64,000 nucleotides of DNA from Vicugna vicugna. Taxonomy: Eukaryota. Shown piece by piece: positions 37,176 to 50,405 of this stretch. How positions within the stretch are numbered: the stretch's first letter is position 1; every line of letters begins with the position of its first letter. Under the pieces are notes generated by a model. That model was not told the DNA's origin. It saw only the letters and a program-made list of their open reading frames with translations, and did not search any database. The stretch covers positions 1,190,753-1,254,752 of the forward strand of contig MU057560.1 in assembly GCA_013265495.1 (NCBI GenBank), written 5' to 3'. Made by a program: the position numbers and the translations under genes.

Positions 37176-37380
37176 AGGGTTGCCAGATTTAGCCAACAAA
37201 AATACAGGGCCCTTAGTAAGTCTGAATTTCAGATAGATAATGAATACTTCCTTACCATAAGCAGGCCTCGAGCACTGCAGTGTCAGTTTAAGCATTTGGG
37301 ACCTAGCAGGACTAAAAATACTCAGTATTTATCTAGAATTAGAATTCCTTCGGACAGTCTGGATTTTGCCTGGCCGCCTT
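37176..37380. mobile_element. MER53 palindromic MITE
   Basis: 'tagggttgccagatttagccaacaaaaatacagg...tgaatttcagatagataatgaata' and the mirrored 'actaaaaatactcagtatttatctagaatt...ctggccgcctt' match the MER53 inverted-repeat consensus. Confidence 0.8.
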
Positions 37381-37384
37381 CTCA

Positions 37385-37950
37385 ATCTGTCTTCCAAGTA
37401 CCTGGGGCCGGGCGGAGCCTTTTACGCAATAATCCCGTTCGTGCAAAGCTGAACTCCGTTCCGCCAGCAGCGCCGCCACAACCGCCGGCCTTCGGTGCCT
37501 CTTCGCTCTTCTCACCCGGCGATGTCGCCAAGGCCTTCGGCCTCCTCTCCGCTCCGCAGAAACGCGAGCCCGGCCCGGGCTGCCGCCCCGGTTTCTCCCC
37601 GCTGTCAGATCCCGTCCGCGGCCTGCCTTCTGTGGCTATTTCCGTGTGGCGGGGCCTCGTGAGCCTCCGGCCGCCTGTGCGACCGCCGACGCCGCGGCTC
37701 TCCTCCTGAGCTCCCTCGGCCAGCGGCCCAGGCCTGCTGCTGGGGGCAGCTTCGCTCCTGCTCTGCCTCCCGCCCGTCGGCGCCGTTCGGGGGACGCCCG
37801 GCAGGCGTCGTCCCGCGTCCGCACCGCTCCGCCGGGAGAGCCCGCCGCGCCCGCGGGGCCTGCTGGGCGGGCTTCTCGCAGCGCCGCCTGCGCCTCCTCC
37901 CGGCTGGCCGGCGTCCTTCGATCGCGGAGAATCTTCACGGCCCGCTGGCT
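37385..37950. promoter_or_regulatory. CpG-island-like GC peak (no associated gene identified)
   Basis: About 560 bp of very high GC with dense CpG and an abrupt return to AT-rich DNA after about 37960. Confidence 0.75.
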
Positions 37951-39458
37951 CTTCTCGACACTGCTTCAATTTCAAAGTCAGGGAAGCAGTCTGATTAGGG
38001 AAGTTCTAGGCCTTCTGAATGAATTTCTAACCGGGAAGACAACGGTTTATCTGCAGTATCAAATATTTTCAAAGCTGCAAATGACTATTTAGAACTTGCA
38101 ATTCAGGATTCCTTAGCGCCGTCCCAGTGCGAACAGAGACACATGTCTCATGTGGCATTAACCGTGCCTGTTACACACCTAAGGATGCCGTACGAGATCT
38201 CTCACAGGCAAGGACCGTCATTTAGGGCATGCTTGGACACCCTCACATATAATTGTGTGACCACGGAAGAGGTGAAAACATTTCTAAAAAATATATTTTA
38301 GGTCTACAGAGTTAGAAGAAGACGGATAATTGGGGCCCTGAGTTCACCTGTGATCTGTGATCTGCTCTTTTCGGTATAGTTTTTGTAGGAACGGGAGGAT
38401 GGGTTACAAAACGGGGGGAGAGAGGACATCTGAGTATCTGTTTCGATCCTGCCACAAATGGTTAACCACAAACGGGTGACGGTTTCTCAGCTGTTCACTG
38501 TTTCATTTTATTTACCTGCGAAGAGAAACACCTGTCGACCTGCTTACTCTGCATGTATGTCACGTGGAGGAGGTCATAGCAGTGGCCGTCTGGCTCTCAG
38601 GAGCTAGCATTAGGGTTATTACACATTTCCACTGAGAAGACTGTCTTTCTTTGATGGTTATTTAGGTTCTACATCCAAATTTGAAAGGAATTGCCAGGTG
38701 TCCTTCTTCCCTTCAGTCCCTGTGCTGGACCACACCGTACACTCTGCACCGGCTACCCTCTCTGGTACTAACAGTTACGCCTTGCAAGTTGTCTTCTGGT
38801 TCATAAAGCATCTCCATATGTACTGTCTTGTAAGGTTCACATATAATTTAATATACAGACAACATATTGTATGAATCAGAGTAAAGGCTGAATTGTCGGA
38901 ACAATGGGACGTAAGTGTGGCTTAGATAAAGCAGAAACTCTGAGGAGAGTGTTTCAGGATGCTCACGGGTCTGCTCCTCTCAGCCATCGGGGACGAAGGT
39001 GGCTTCCAGTGTGGCGGCATTGGAACCCCTGGGGCTGAGCTAGAAATCCTACATTTCCGCATTTCTACGTTTCAGTTCTCAAAAAAGGGGAAGGGAACCA
39101 TGTGGAAGGAACGGCCCGTGTCCTCAGGCCCTGCTAGCGCTTCGCAGGCCCGGCTCTAGCGCTCTGTCTTCTGTAAACTTTTGTGTAACTGTTGCACTCG
39201 AAAGTGTTTTGACTCATCTACCTTCTTCTATGCAAATATCTTTCTTTACCTGTATTATAAACACCTAAAATAGAGAACTATGATTTCATAGTTTGTATGA
39301 TAGATTTTGAGGCTTTGTATCAAGTGTTTCCCATAGTCGACAGAAATTTTTAAAAAGGACCTAACAGTCAGTAGTTGAATTTGTGAGTCATTGTTGCCAA
39401 CCAGCCCACAGTTGTAATTGTGTCAGAAAAAGGAGGGGCAACAGATAGGATCTGATGG

Positions 39459-39600
39459 ACACAAGCACATGCACACCCCCCCATAGAACACACTCACACA
39501 CACACTCATACACATGTACACACACCCATACACATGCTTACACACACCTATGCACTCTGATACACACGCTCATCACGCATCCACACACACACACACCCCC
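39459..39600 (+). repeat. Degenerate (CA)-rich simple repeat
   Basis: Interrupted cacac/catac runs. Confidence 0.85.
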
Positions 39601-39653
39601 GCCGCTTCAGGTCGCTCCCATGCTTGCTTCACGTTAGCTGTGCTGAGAGTCCC

Positions 39654-40007
39654 TGCTGTGGGCTGAACTGTCTCCCCCGCAATTCACATACTGAAGCCCT
39701 GACCTCGTAAACGCGATCCTACATGGAAAAAGGGTCTTGGCAGATGACCGAGTTAGGATGAGGTCTCGAGAGTGGGCTCTCACCCAGTAAGACTGTGTCC
39801 TTTGACACAGACACAGAGGGGAGAGAGGGTCAAGTCACAGGACGGGCATCTGCCAGCCACGAGGAGGGTCTGGAACAGAGGCTCCCAGCCCCTGGAGGGA
39901 GCCAGCTCTGCTGACGCCCTGACCTTAGACGTCCGTTCTCCAGAGTGTGAGAGAATAGGTCCCACTCAGCTGTGACATTTACTAGAACAGCCCTAGACAC
40001 TAATCCA
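39654..40007 (+). mobile_element. MaLR solo LTR (MLT1B-like)
   Basis: 'tgtgggctgaactgtctcccccgcaattcacatactgaagccctgacc...aggatgaggtc...gccagctctgctgacgccctgaccttagac...cagccctagacactaatcca'. Confidence 0.85.
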
Positions 40008-42069
40008 GCTCCATACGGAGCTTTCCACAGAATCCCGTGGTGTTTCACGGAGAGGAACCCTCCCACCCCTTGGGCAGCTGCCCCGCACTTGGGCGTAACC
40101 ACGGGCTCAGAATCCTGTCAAAACACCCCGCTTTAACAAGTCCTCAACGAAATGATGTTTGTTTATTAATTGTCCGTGTAATGTTGGCTATGGATGCTCT
40201 AAACCCAGAGGATTGGGTCCTTTGTATGATAATGGTCTCTTTTGGCCACATACGGCATGTTTCCATCTTTAATTGTTTCTTGTTAGTCGTAGTGCCTTGG
40301 CAAATTAGAGAGGAAGGCTATGATTACGTTCTTTCAAGATTCTCTCTAATTCCTCTGAGCTCGCTGAAACTTTTTTTCCCTGAAATTTGTGAAAAGCTAT
40401 TCTCCTTTTCAAGATTCTTTTCTCAGCCATAACTACATGCACATTTATGGAGCTCAGTGCCCCTGCTATGTCTTTCCGCGCTATCAGAGCACTGCCTGCC
40501 TCGCACACTGAACACTGCGGAGCAACCTGGGAGGCTGGAACAGGCCTGAGTCTGTTTCCCCCATCTCCTGTCCCCTTAATGAAACTGCATATTGTTCTAT
40601 AATATGTTCTATAATAAAAATATATAGCCCTCATAATGATGGCTAAAGACAAATTCCACAGCTTTAGCAATTACTATAAATCATCCACATATTATTAATT
40701 ATGCAATTGCACTTATAAAATTGTATGAACACATATCTGTAATTAATGACATTACAACCTCCTAGGGACCCCAAACCTCTGATGAAACGTTACGTGTCAC
40801 ATGCGTCCAGTAACTACTTGTCCATTTGGGTTTTCTTCTGCTTCACAGCTACTGAAATTTTACAGGTGAAAAAATTGAAACTCGCAGTTCAGGCTATTTT
40901 TTTGGCACGTGAATTACATTTGCTTACTGGCTGGTAGGTTTTTGGGGTCACGTGACTCTGGGCATGAGACTTAGCAGCAGACACACAGGAGCTGCTGTAA
41001 TTCTGTGCAGGATGACGTCTGTGAGCCTCGGATCTGCAGGGTTGATGCCATGATTAACTGAGGCTGTGGGTATGAAAGTGTCTAGCACACCACTTACCAA
41101 ATTCTGAGTCAGTGCTGGCAATTATTGCTAAGGACGTCTGCTTTTCCTGGTCCCGAGCCATGACCAAGGTCAGAGACGAAAATGGTCTTGACCACTGCAG
41201 GCATCACCCTTAAGCTGCAATGCTGTTCTGATTCTTTCATTCTTACAAAGTTGTCGGATGAGCTGAGTTAAGTAGGCTGGAGGAGTGCTGGGTGAGGTTC
41301 CAGGGGACTAGCCCCTGCGTGAGGATGGCAACAGAGTCCAGCAAGAGACTGGGAATTTCCCTAAGGCTCCTCAAGTGCTTGCCAACAGAGCAAACAGGGG
41401 ATGTTTTCTTCCCAGCCTTTCACAGCCGGAGTCCCTTCCATGAACCACTCCTCCTGTTGCTTATCCATCAAAACCTGTCTAAAATAGGACAGATAGAATT
41501 TCCTCACACAAACTGTGCTGCCTGAAGTCAGAGCAATGTTTGTATTTAGGGAAAAAAAAAACAGACAAGGATTGATTAGTAAAATGCACGTGTTCAGTTG
41601 TCAAAGGCTGCCACGTACGTACTTTTTGTAATCCCATTCTGCCACATCATAAATTATTATAAACCCTTCCCAGTGGGAATAAGGTTCTCAAAACTGTGAT
41701 CTGCCCTTGGCTAAAGCTGAGCAGATGTGCTGAGAATAGCACAGGAAATGTCATTAGCAGAGCGCGCACGTCTTCCTGAACTTCCAGTGCTTCTCATAAG
41801 ATATGTATCATGTATCTTTGCTGGATCAAACTGTAGTAATGTTTGTCCTCCTGATGTGCAAGTCACAGTTTTAAAAATATTGCTTGGAGTAAAATATTTT
41901 AACTTTACTCATTCTAAGAATACAATCAGAATCAAAATTTGAGAAAGAAAAGCAAAAACACCGTAACATGGTCAGGCATTTTTAGAGTCATTCAAACACA
42001 ATTGTTAGTTTTATTTTAATCTGTTTTTTTCTCTACATTTTCAAGCTTTGGCCCTAGAAGAAAATCTAA

Positions 42070-42895
42070 GTGATATTTCTTGAGGTGAAATTTGCATTCA
42101 ATAAATCCACCATGTTTGGCCACAGTTCTGTGAGTTTTGACAAATACAGAGTGGCATGGAACCACTACCAAAGTGAAGGCATGGACGTACCCAGCACCCG
42201 CCATGGCCCTGCCCCTCTGTAGTGTGGGCTCCCCTGTTTCTTGTTCCGATTGTTCTGTTTTTTCCAAAATGTTATGGAAGGGAATTTATACAGGGTGAGA
42301 CCGTCTTAGCCTGACTTTCCCCCAGCATAGCTCATCTGATGTTCAGTCATTTTGCTTGGCGGATTAGCAGATGTCCTTTTTACTAACAATCAGTTCTGCA
42401 TCCCATGAGTGTGTCCCCGTTTGATTACCTATCCGCAGTCAAAACCATTTGGGCCGTTCCCAGTATTTTGAAATTATGAATAGCAATGCCATACACATTC
42501 ACGTGCAGAGGTTTTGTGTAAACATACTGTTTCATTTCTCTCGTGGAAATAGCTGAGGGTGATACATTTGGGCCACGATGATCAGTTGATCAGCCTGTGG
42601 TATGTTTAGCTTTGTGAGCTCCTGCCAAGCTGGTTTCCAGTCTGTCACACGTGAGGGTCCCAGTCGCTCCTCACCCGCATCGGGACTTAGTATTGCCGGA
42701 TACTTTTCTTTCTTTTAAATCAAGCGTTTCTAATATGTGCGCAGTAGTATTTTGTTATGGCTTCCACTTGTCATTTCCAGCTGAATAATGAAGCTGGTCA
42801 TCTGTTTATGTGCTTATGTGCCATCTGTATGTTTTCATTTGTGAAGTGTCTTTTCCAGTCATTAGCCTATTTTTAAATCTTTTAAACATTTTCTT
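42070..42895 (-). mobile_element. Old L1 (L1MC/MD-like) 3' region, left part
   Basis: 'ttgaggtgaaatttgcattcaataaatccacc...tgagttttgacaaatac' (antisense old-L1 3' end) continuing to 'gccatctgtatgttttcatttgtgaagtgtctttt'. Confidence 0.8.
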
Positions 42896-42897
42896 AA

Positions 42898-44347
42898 TTA
42901 AATGGAAAGATATCCCATGTTCTTGGATTGAAATAATTAATATTGTTGAAATGACCATACCACCCAAAGCAATCTACAAATTTAATGCAATCCCTATCAA
43001 ATTACTCAGGACGTTTTTCACAGAACTGGAACAAGTAATTCTGAAATTTGTATGGAATCACAAGAGACCCAAAATTGCCAAAGCAACACTGAAGAAAAAG
43101 AATGAAGCTGGAGGAATAACCCTCCCAGACTTCAGACAGTACTACAGAGCTGCGGTAATCAAAACAGCATGGTGTTGGTACAAAAACAGACATATGGACC
43201 AATGGAACAGAACAGAGTCCAGAAGTAAATTCACAAACTTATGGTCAATTAATCTTTGAAAAAGTAAGCAAAACATGCAATGAAGAAAAGACAGTCTCTT
43301 CAGCAAATGGTGTTGGGAAAACTGAACAGCTGCATGTGAATCAATGAAGTTAGAACACTCCCTCACCCCAAAAAAATAAACTCAAAATGGCTTTAAGACT
43401 TAAACATAAGACAAGACACAACAAATCTCCTGGAAGAAAACATAAGCAAAACATTATCTGACATACATCTCAGCAGTGTTCTCCAAGGGCAGTCTACCCA
43501 AGCAATAGAAATAAAAGCAAGAATAAACAAATGGGACCTAATTAAACTTACAAGCTTTTGCACATCAAAGGAAACTATAAGCAGAACAAAATACAACCTA
43601 CAGAATGGGAGAAAATATTTACAAAACATGAGACTGACAAGGGCTTAATTTCTAGAATATATAAACAGTTCATTCAACTTAATAATAAAACCAAACAAAC
43701 AAACAATTCAATCCAAAAGTGGGCAGAAGACATAAACAAGCCATTCTCCAATGAAGACATACAAATGGCCAATAAGCACATGAAAAATGCTCAATATCAC
43801 TAATTATCAAAGAAGTGCAAATCAAAACTGCAATGAGGTATCACCTCACACCAGTCAGAATGGCCATCATTAAAAAGTCTACAAACAATAAATATCGGAG
43901 AGGGTGTGGGGAAAAGGGAACCCTCCTACACTGTTGGTGGGAATGTAGTTTGGTGCAGCCTTTGTGGAAAACAGTATGTAGATTCTTCAAAAGACTGAAA
44001 ATAGACTTACTATATGATCCAGCAATCCTACTCCTGGGCATATATCCAGAGGGAATCTTAATTTTAAAAAATACGTGCACCTCAATGTTCATAGCAGCAC
44101 TATTTATAGTAGCCAAGACACGGAAACAACCTAAATGTCGATTGACAGATGACTGGATAAAGAAGATGTGGTATATTTATAGAATGAAATACTACTCTGC
44201 CATAAAAAAGAATAAAATGCCACTTGCAGCAACATGGATGGCCCTGGAGACAGTCATTCTAAGTGAAGTAAGACAGAAATAAAAAGAAAAATACCATATG
44301 ATATCACTTATATGTGGAATCTAAAAAAAAAAAAGACAAAGGAACTT
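42898..44347 (+). mobile_element. Lineage-specific LINE-1, 5'-truncated ORF2 fragment nested in the older antisense L1
   Basis: ORFs 42810..43259 ([34 protein letters not shown]...[12 protein letters not shown]) and 43815..44282 ([19 protein letters not shown]...LLHCWWEC) are L1 ORF2 and are frameshifted. Confidence 0.95.
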
Positions 44348-44359
44348 AAAATATTCCTT

Positions 44360-44690
44360 TATTTTGAACAAAGTGTCCAATTGTTCTAGCACTGTTTGTA
44401 CAAAACATTACTTTTTCCCATTGAATTCTATTTTTATCTTTGTCAAAAGTCAGTTAACCACATACATGTGGAACTATTTCTAGACTCTCTTTTGCTCCGT
44501 TCATCTACATGCCAAAGCTTTAGCCCACAGCACACTGCTGAGATTACTGTAGCTTTACAGTAAATCCTGTAATCAAGCTGTATAACTTCTGCAATTTAAT
44601 TATTTTTCTTTTCAAGAGTGTTTTAGGTATTTGTGTTCATTTGTTTTTCCAAAAAATTGTATGAATAGCTTGTCTATTTCTATGGGTGAA
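44360..44690 (-). mobile_element. Old L1, right part (continuation of the 42070 element)
   Basis: 'gtccaattgttctagcactgtttg...tttgtcaaaagtcagtt...gattactgtagctttacagtaaatc' is antisense L1 ORF2. Confidence 0.75.
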
Positions 44691-45752
44691 AACTTCCTAA
44701 ACAAAAATCCATCGGCCTTGGTATTCAAGTCTAAGACGAACCCCCTACTCACGTTGGACTGGCTGCATAAAGCTGATCATCCTGGAGGTGGCAGGTGACA
44801 AACGGAGTGGAGATCATCACAGAAAGATGAGTCCGATTTCAGTAGGTGGGGTGGGCACGTGCAGGTGTGACAGGAAATCTTTGGTTTGGATAAACTGATA
44901 AACTGGCAATGAGAAACATGATTTTTATTTATACATTATCATGTATGTGCTCAGCATAAGTAGCAATTCTGTGCACGTTCTTATACTAATTTGAATCAAT
45001 ATGTGCTATGACCAAACAGTTGAATTTTTATGAAATATATTCAATATAGGAAATTAAGTCAAGTTGAATTTCTGGTAAGAGTTCTCTTTTTTCAAGACAT
45101 CAAAGGTATAATTGACTTCTTATCATGGTCTATATGTCACGTCCCCTAATATCGGGTTGGCTACTGGTTGGTTAGATTTCCTGAACTGCTCCGGGGTCCT
45201 CAGTCGCTTGGCCCTGCATGGCTTGGCGTCGTAGTTCAGGGGAAAGCAGAACTGAATTGAGGCCCCTTGCATAAGCGCGGACTCCGGTGCTGGGCTTGCC
45301 CGGCCCGAGGCAATGCTGGGAACTGTCTTCAGGAGTCGACTGTAAGCTGATTCTGCAAAACATATTCTATGTAATGTGTCCACTTAATATTCTACCTACA
45401 TACATCTGCTCTCCCTGGGACACTGCTTCCACCATACAGTGGACCTCGGGCTGATGGCAAGTGGGACATCAGCACTGACAACAACAGAGCAATCATTCAT
45501 GAACGTGTTTCAGGCTCAGAAACAAACAGAGCACCAGTGCATTCCGGTTGCTGTGCAGTTTTAATGCCCTGGCGGTCACAGCTGAACGGTATTGGTGCTT
45601 CTGATTCTGAAAAATATTATGTCATTGAGTCATTTGATGAATGAGGAAATATTATTTAATGTTTGTATGGGAATAAAGCAAAACCTTCCCTTAGAGGAAA
45701 CTATGAATGTATTGCTTTGGGCAAAGAGGAGGTAGAAAGGACATATAAGATG

Positions 45753-45995
45753 ACCCCCCAAAATTTTTTTAATAGTAGGTTCTGCAGGTTTTTAATGAAG
45801 AGAATGATCTCTATGAACTGGTGCCTTCAGGAACGACTTCTGAAAGGAAGGCAAAGGTGACCTGCATATACCCCCCCCACATTTTTTTAATAGTAGGTTC
45901 TGCAGGTTTTTAATAAGAGAATGATCTCTATGAACTGGTGCCTTCAGGAACGACTTCTGAAAGGAAGGCAAAGGTGACCTGCATATTTTTTTAAT
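45753..45995 (+). repeat. Tandem duplication, two copies, period about 118 bp
   Basis: 'tttttttaatagtaggttctgcagg...ggcaaaggtgacctgcatat' occurs at about 45764 and 45882, nearly identical (one 1-nt indel). Confidence 0.97.
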
Positions 45996-46639
45996 GTTTC
46001 TTGGGATCTGGGATCAGGTGAAAGCATTGTGTAGAGAGAGGTCATCACTGACACAGGGAAGGATGACGTACTGGTGTCAGTCCCAGAAACAAGTATTTCA
46101 CCCACTGAGGGCATGCAGAGCCTTCCTTGTGTCCCAGGTCCTGCACTGCGTGCTAAGGGCACACAGCTAATATGCCTTAAAACTTGGTTCCTGGGGAACA
46201 TATTTTCCACTGGGAAAGAAGTGATGTTACTGTTGCATGAATGTTGCCGTGGGGGTAAGAGCAGATGAGCCGGCAAAGTGTAAGAGGGGGGCACTTAACC
46301 CGGCTGCAGTGTCATCAGTTAACCCTTGATGAACATTATCTCTAAGGAGAAATCTAAAGGCTGTTGGAGAATTATAAAGGGACAGTGTTTCAGGCAAAGG
46401 GGGAAAAAACATGAAGGATTTTGTGTCAAAAAATTAAGGACATGTTTCTGAAAGTTGAAGATGTTCACAGCAGTGGAGCTCAGGTGCGTGTAACAGGTAG
46501 TGACAAGCAAACGACTTTGAATCAATTGAGATTTGAGTCAATTTGAGCAAATTACAGTCCAGATTCAACCTAAGGGACACATTTAGGTCATGTTTTAATG
46601 TCAAGATCAGATGTGCATTTCAGAAACGCTCCTGCGGTG

Positions 46640-47200
46640 AAGCGCAGAGCAGCTGGACCGTGGGTAAGCACAGGGGTCAGCGAGGTGGCCACTGCCATGT
46701 TCCTGGGGTGGAGTCCTGGTGGCAGGAGCAAAGATAATGTAGTGGGACGCAGAGCAAGGAGACGGTGGAAAGAGAGCAAACATACAAGCAAAAGTTACAG
46801 TGATTCTGTGGGTGCTCGAAAATGGAAGAAAGGAATCAAGTGTGACGGCTGATTTCCAGGTTGGGACTAAGGGACTGATGTTTGTTACCATTTGCGCAAA
46901 TGTACAACACAGGAAGGAGAGCCTGCCTGGGTTTAAAAAAATAAGAATCTTTAAGTTATATTGTTTATCAAACACCTCAGGCAGGCAGAAATTGTATATG
47001 TATGTATATGGGACAAGAGAACAGTCTGGGCTCATGACTTGGGTGTATCTGAAGCCACAAGAGAAGGCGACACGGTGCCCCCAGTTACGTGCTGTAGAAA
47101 ATACACATGGAGGCACAACGAGGGAAGAGGCCGCGTGGGCGGGTAGGACTGGATGGATGGAAACTGGAGAAATCCTATCATTATTGAGGAGATGCCCATG
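46640..47200 (-). mobile_element. L2 internal remnant
   Basis: Purine-rich 'gaagaaaggaatcaagtgtgacggctgatttccaggttgggac...gttaccatttgc...acacaggaaggagagc' resembles antisense L2. Confidence 0.5.
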
Positions 47201-50200
47201 TTCCCTCGCTCCTCACTCCCAGAAACTGGCACGACGCACAAGATTATGAAACCAAAACTATGCCACTGTGGGTTTCTTCATGCAAACTGTTGGAAGTATT
47301 GTAAGTTGATCACAGCAAAAGTGCAGAGAAGTAATAAGGAACTGAACAGGGATGATGGCCGAGGAGGCAGAAAACAGGCAAACGTGGGTATGGGAGAGGA
47401 AGACCGTTTTCTGACCTGCCAATCGTTGAAAATCCTGGTCTCCTTTAGAAGTCTTCCTTGGGTGAGAAGGAGCAAAATAAGGCTAATTAAGCCTCAGTGA
47501 GAATTAAGCAGTCTCCCTCCAAGTTTTATTGGCTTTTATTGATTCTCTAGATTCGGGCTGTCATCAAAACATCCGTCTAGGCGGGCTGTGAAATAGGACT
47601 GATTTTCCACATACACCTGAGAACGTCCAGGAGGTGTAAGATTTTGAGCTGTAATACCATGTTTCAAAAACAGAACCGAGCTGAGCTCTGACCCCACACT
47701 GAAGTCACCCCACCCCGAGCTAGAGCACCGTCATTCCGTCCCAGGAAAAGGAATCCTTCGTAACCCACAGATGCTTCTCACGGAAAACCGACACAGGGTG
47801 GGTGTTTGTTTGTTCAGACTCTTCATTTCTTCAGGATGCCTCTCTCCTGGTCTAGACCTGTCACCTGGTCCAGGAATCACTGCTTCGACTCACAGGAAGC
47901 ACGTTGCGTCACTGAGATGGGTTTCGGCGTGAGTGGTGATTCTTCTTCGACCACATTTAAACAGCCAAGCGTTCCTTGTTTTGGTATTTTTTTTTTGTTA
48001 TTTACCCATGAATGCCCCTCTGCAGGTAGCAGAGGGCTTACATCTCCAGCGTGGCGCTCACGGCTGCATCAATGTCCGGTTCAGGCTGCGTGATCCCCCA
48101 GGGCGGTGAGGCGTCTCCGGGAGACCTTCTTGGTCTTAATGTGAAATGTACAAAACAGGAAGAGATTTTTTTTTTAAAGTCTCAATACTTTCTTAATACC
48201 TCCCTTACCTCAGTTTTCATCTCCCACAGGCGGCTCCATCAACCATAAGATCTTCTATCCTTTAAGTCAAAGGGTTCTTAGAGGTCACAGCACCCAAGTC
48301 CCCTTAAAATGCGGACACCCCTGCGTATCTTCTTAAGGCAGACACCTGCTGCTTTGGAGCCTGGGAATCGGCCTGCGTGTGGCTTTGGTGGTCAGACACA
48401 CAGCGACTCAAGCTCCAATTAGGCTGATTGTCCTCTCTGCAACATCTCGTAGTCTTAGTCCCGTTTTTTGAGAAACAGAGCTGATGGTTGTTACAAACAC
48501 GGATATTTCAGTAACTCATGCCCTGGCCTGGTCCATGTACATCCTCGCCTTCCTTCAGCTCATCTCACCCACCCCTCTGTCTTCCTCCCTGGTCAGATGA
48601 CACCTACGACGGATTCTCAAGCGTACATGTCCCAGTGCTAGTGGTAAGTTTCACATTCTTGTAATTTTTATGTATTTTCAAAACCTAAAAACCATTATTT
48701 CACACAAGGACATGATGATTTTATTGCCAGCCCCCAGGGAATGGCCAGGAAGAGACTGTGGATAGGAGCAGAAATTGCCTCTCCCACTGGTGGGGCTGCG
48801 GGAGCGTGACCACCTCCAAGGGGCGCGGCCGGGCTGGAGGGAAGGCTTGTCTGCTGGAATGCACCTCATCGCCCTGTGCACCGTGCCTGCTGGCAGCCCT
48901 TGGAGACCAGGCGTCGGGCAGTCTCCCCCTGCAGAGGCCGATGTTTGCTGCATCCTCAGGGCAGCACTTCCTGGGGCTGCCACTGATTTCTCCCTACACC
49001 CTCCTGGAAAGCACAGAGAAGCACTGCAGAGGGTGGAAGTTCATCCCAGGGCCCCGGGGCCGGCTGGCTGGCGGGAAGAGCCAGTCCTCACAGAGCTGCA
49101 GAGCCGGCCCTGCCTTCCAGAGGACAGAGGCTAGTGCCCAGCAGTGTGTGAACCCGGGTGGACACAGCCTGGTGGATGGACATCCCCTGAGCGCTCGTCT
49201 GGACTTGCATGGGGACAAAAACATCGTGACGTTTATGAAAGCTAAGGCAATATACACGTGAAATTTCCCCCAAAGGAAATTAAAACCTAATTTCAGACTT
49301 TGATAGCCAATGGCTGTCTAAGAAAGCAAAAGGCACAACAAATTATGCTGAAATAATCATCGGCTGCCTGAAATTATTGATTTGAATCGCACAGAACACA
49401 TAATTGTCTCAATTGAATAAAGTCGCAATCCAAAACAATCCAGTTTTAATAACGAGGCATTTTAAATGAGTCACAATTATAAAGGCCCAGCTGTGGCTGG
49501 ATTTGCCCTTCGATGAGAACGTAATCTGTCTCCAGCAAAAAGCAATTCCGTTTATCCTTTCCTGGTGCAACAGAAATAATAGGGATTTTAACAGGACGGA
49601 TCTGTAGTAACTCTTACAGACGGCAGCGCATCTTCAGAATCATTGTGGTTTAACAGCTGTAGCCACTGGTTTGTGGCTCTGATTTTTTTCCCACTAACTT
49701 GAGGAGTATAAAATTGGGACTTTTACATCCAGCATCCAGCTTTGCTGTGTCTGAGGAGGTCGATCAGTTCTCGTGTGAAGCCACAGATTGTCACGTGTTC
49801 TCTGGAAGAGATCTCATTTCAGAGGACGGCTGGAAATGGCCAATGTTTTGTGTTCAGACAGATTTGGAAGGGACTGAGTCTCCATCAGTGACTTAACGTC
49901 TGTCTCACAGATCTTGCACAAATTACCTAATTTTGTGAAACGATTTGCTTAGTTGAAAGAAAAAGAAGTGAAAATTATGTCTCCAAAACAGCAGCACACA
50001 CCGTTCTGAGCACATACACCCAACACTCATTTATTCTCTTCTTGCAAATTAATCTATGACTCTCTCACTGCCTGGTGGAGGCCATGCTCATTTCTTGTTT
50101 ATGAAACAAAGTAGACAAATGGGAAAACTAAGATTCTGGCTGTTAAGCAACAGCCCCCAAATCCCAGAAGACTAGGACTTACAGTTCTAATTTAGGGTTT

Positions 50201-50405
50201 GCAGCATTGCTCGAATGACAAAATTTAGGAGCCATCAAACCAGGAGCCTTAGGAAATGTTATTGCAATAGCTTTCAATTTGGAAAATCGTGGGAGGGAAG
50301 GCAGGCCTTATTCATCTCATGGAAGCAACAGGCTCGAGCTGAAACTGGAGCATCTCTTGCCAGAACGTGCAAGTCTGGTTCCCAGAGGACGGGTCGGAGG
50401 AGCAC

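Noticed and set aside
37065..38092. Overlapping 148-214 aa ORFs on both strands
   Set aside because: Stop-poor GC-rich DNA plus MER53 sequence. The Pro/Arg/Ala/Gly-rich translations have no recognisable homology.
42810..44282. Reverse-transcriptase-related ORFs as a functional gene or novel RT system
   Set aside because: Ordinary truncated, frameshifted L1 ORF2 fragments. The same applies at 4738, 14489 and 53078.
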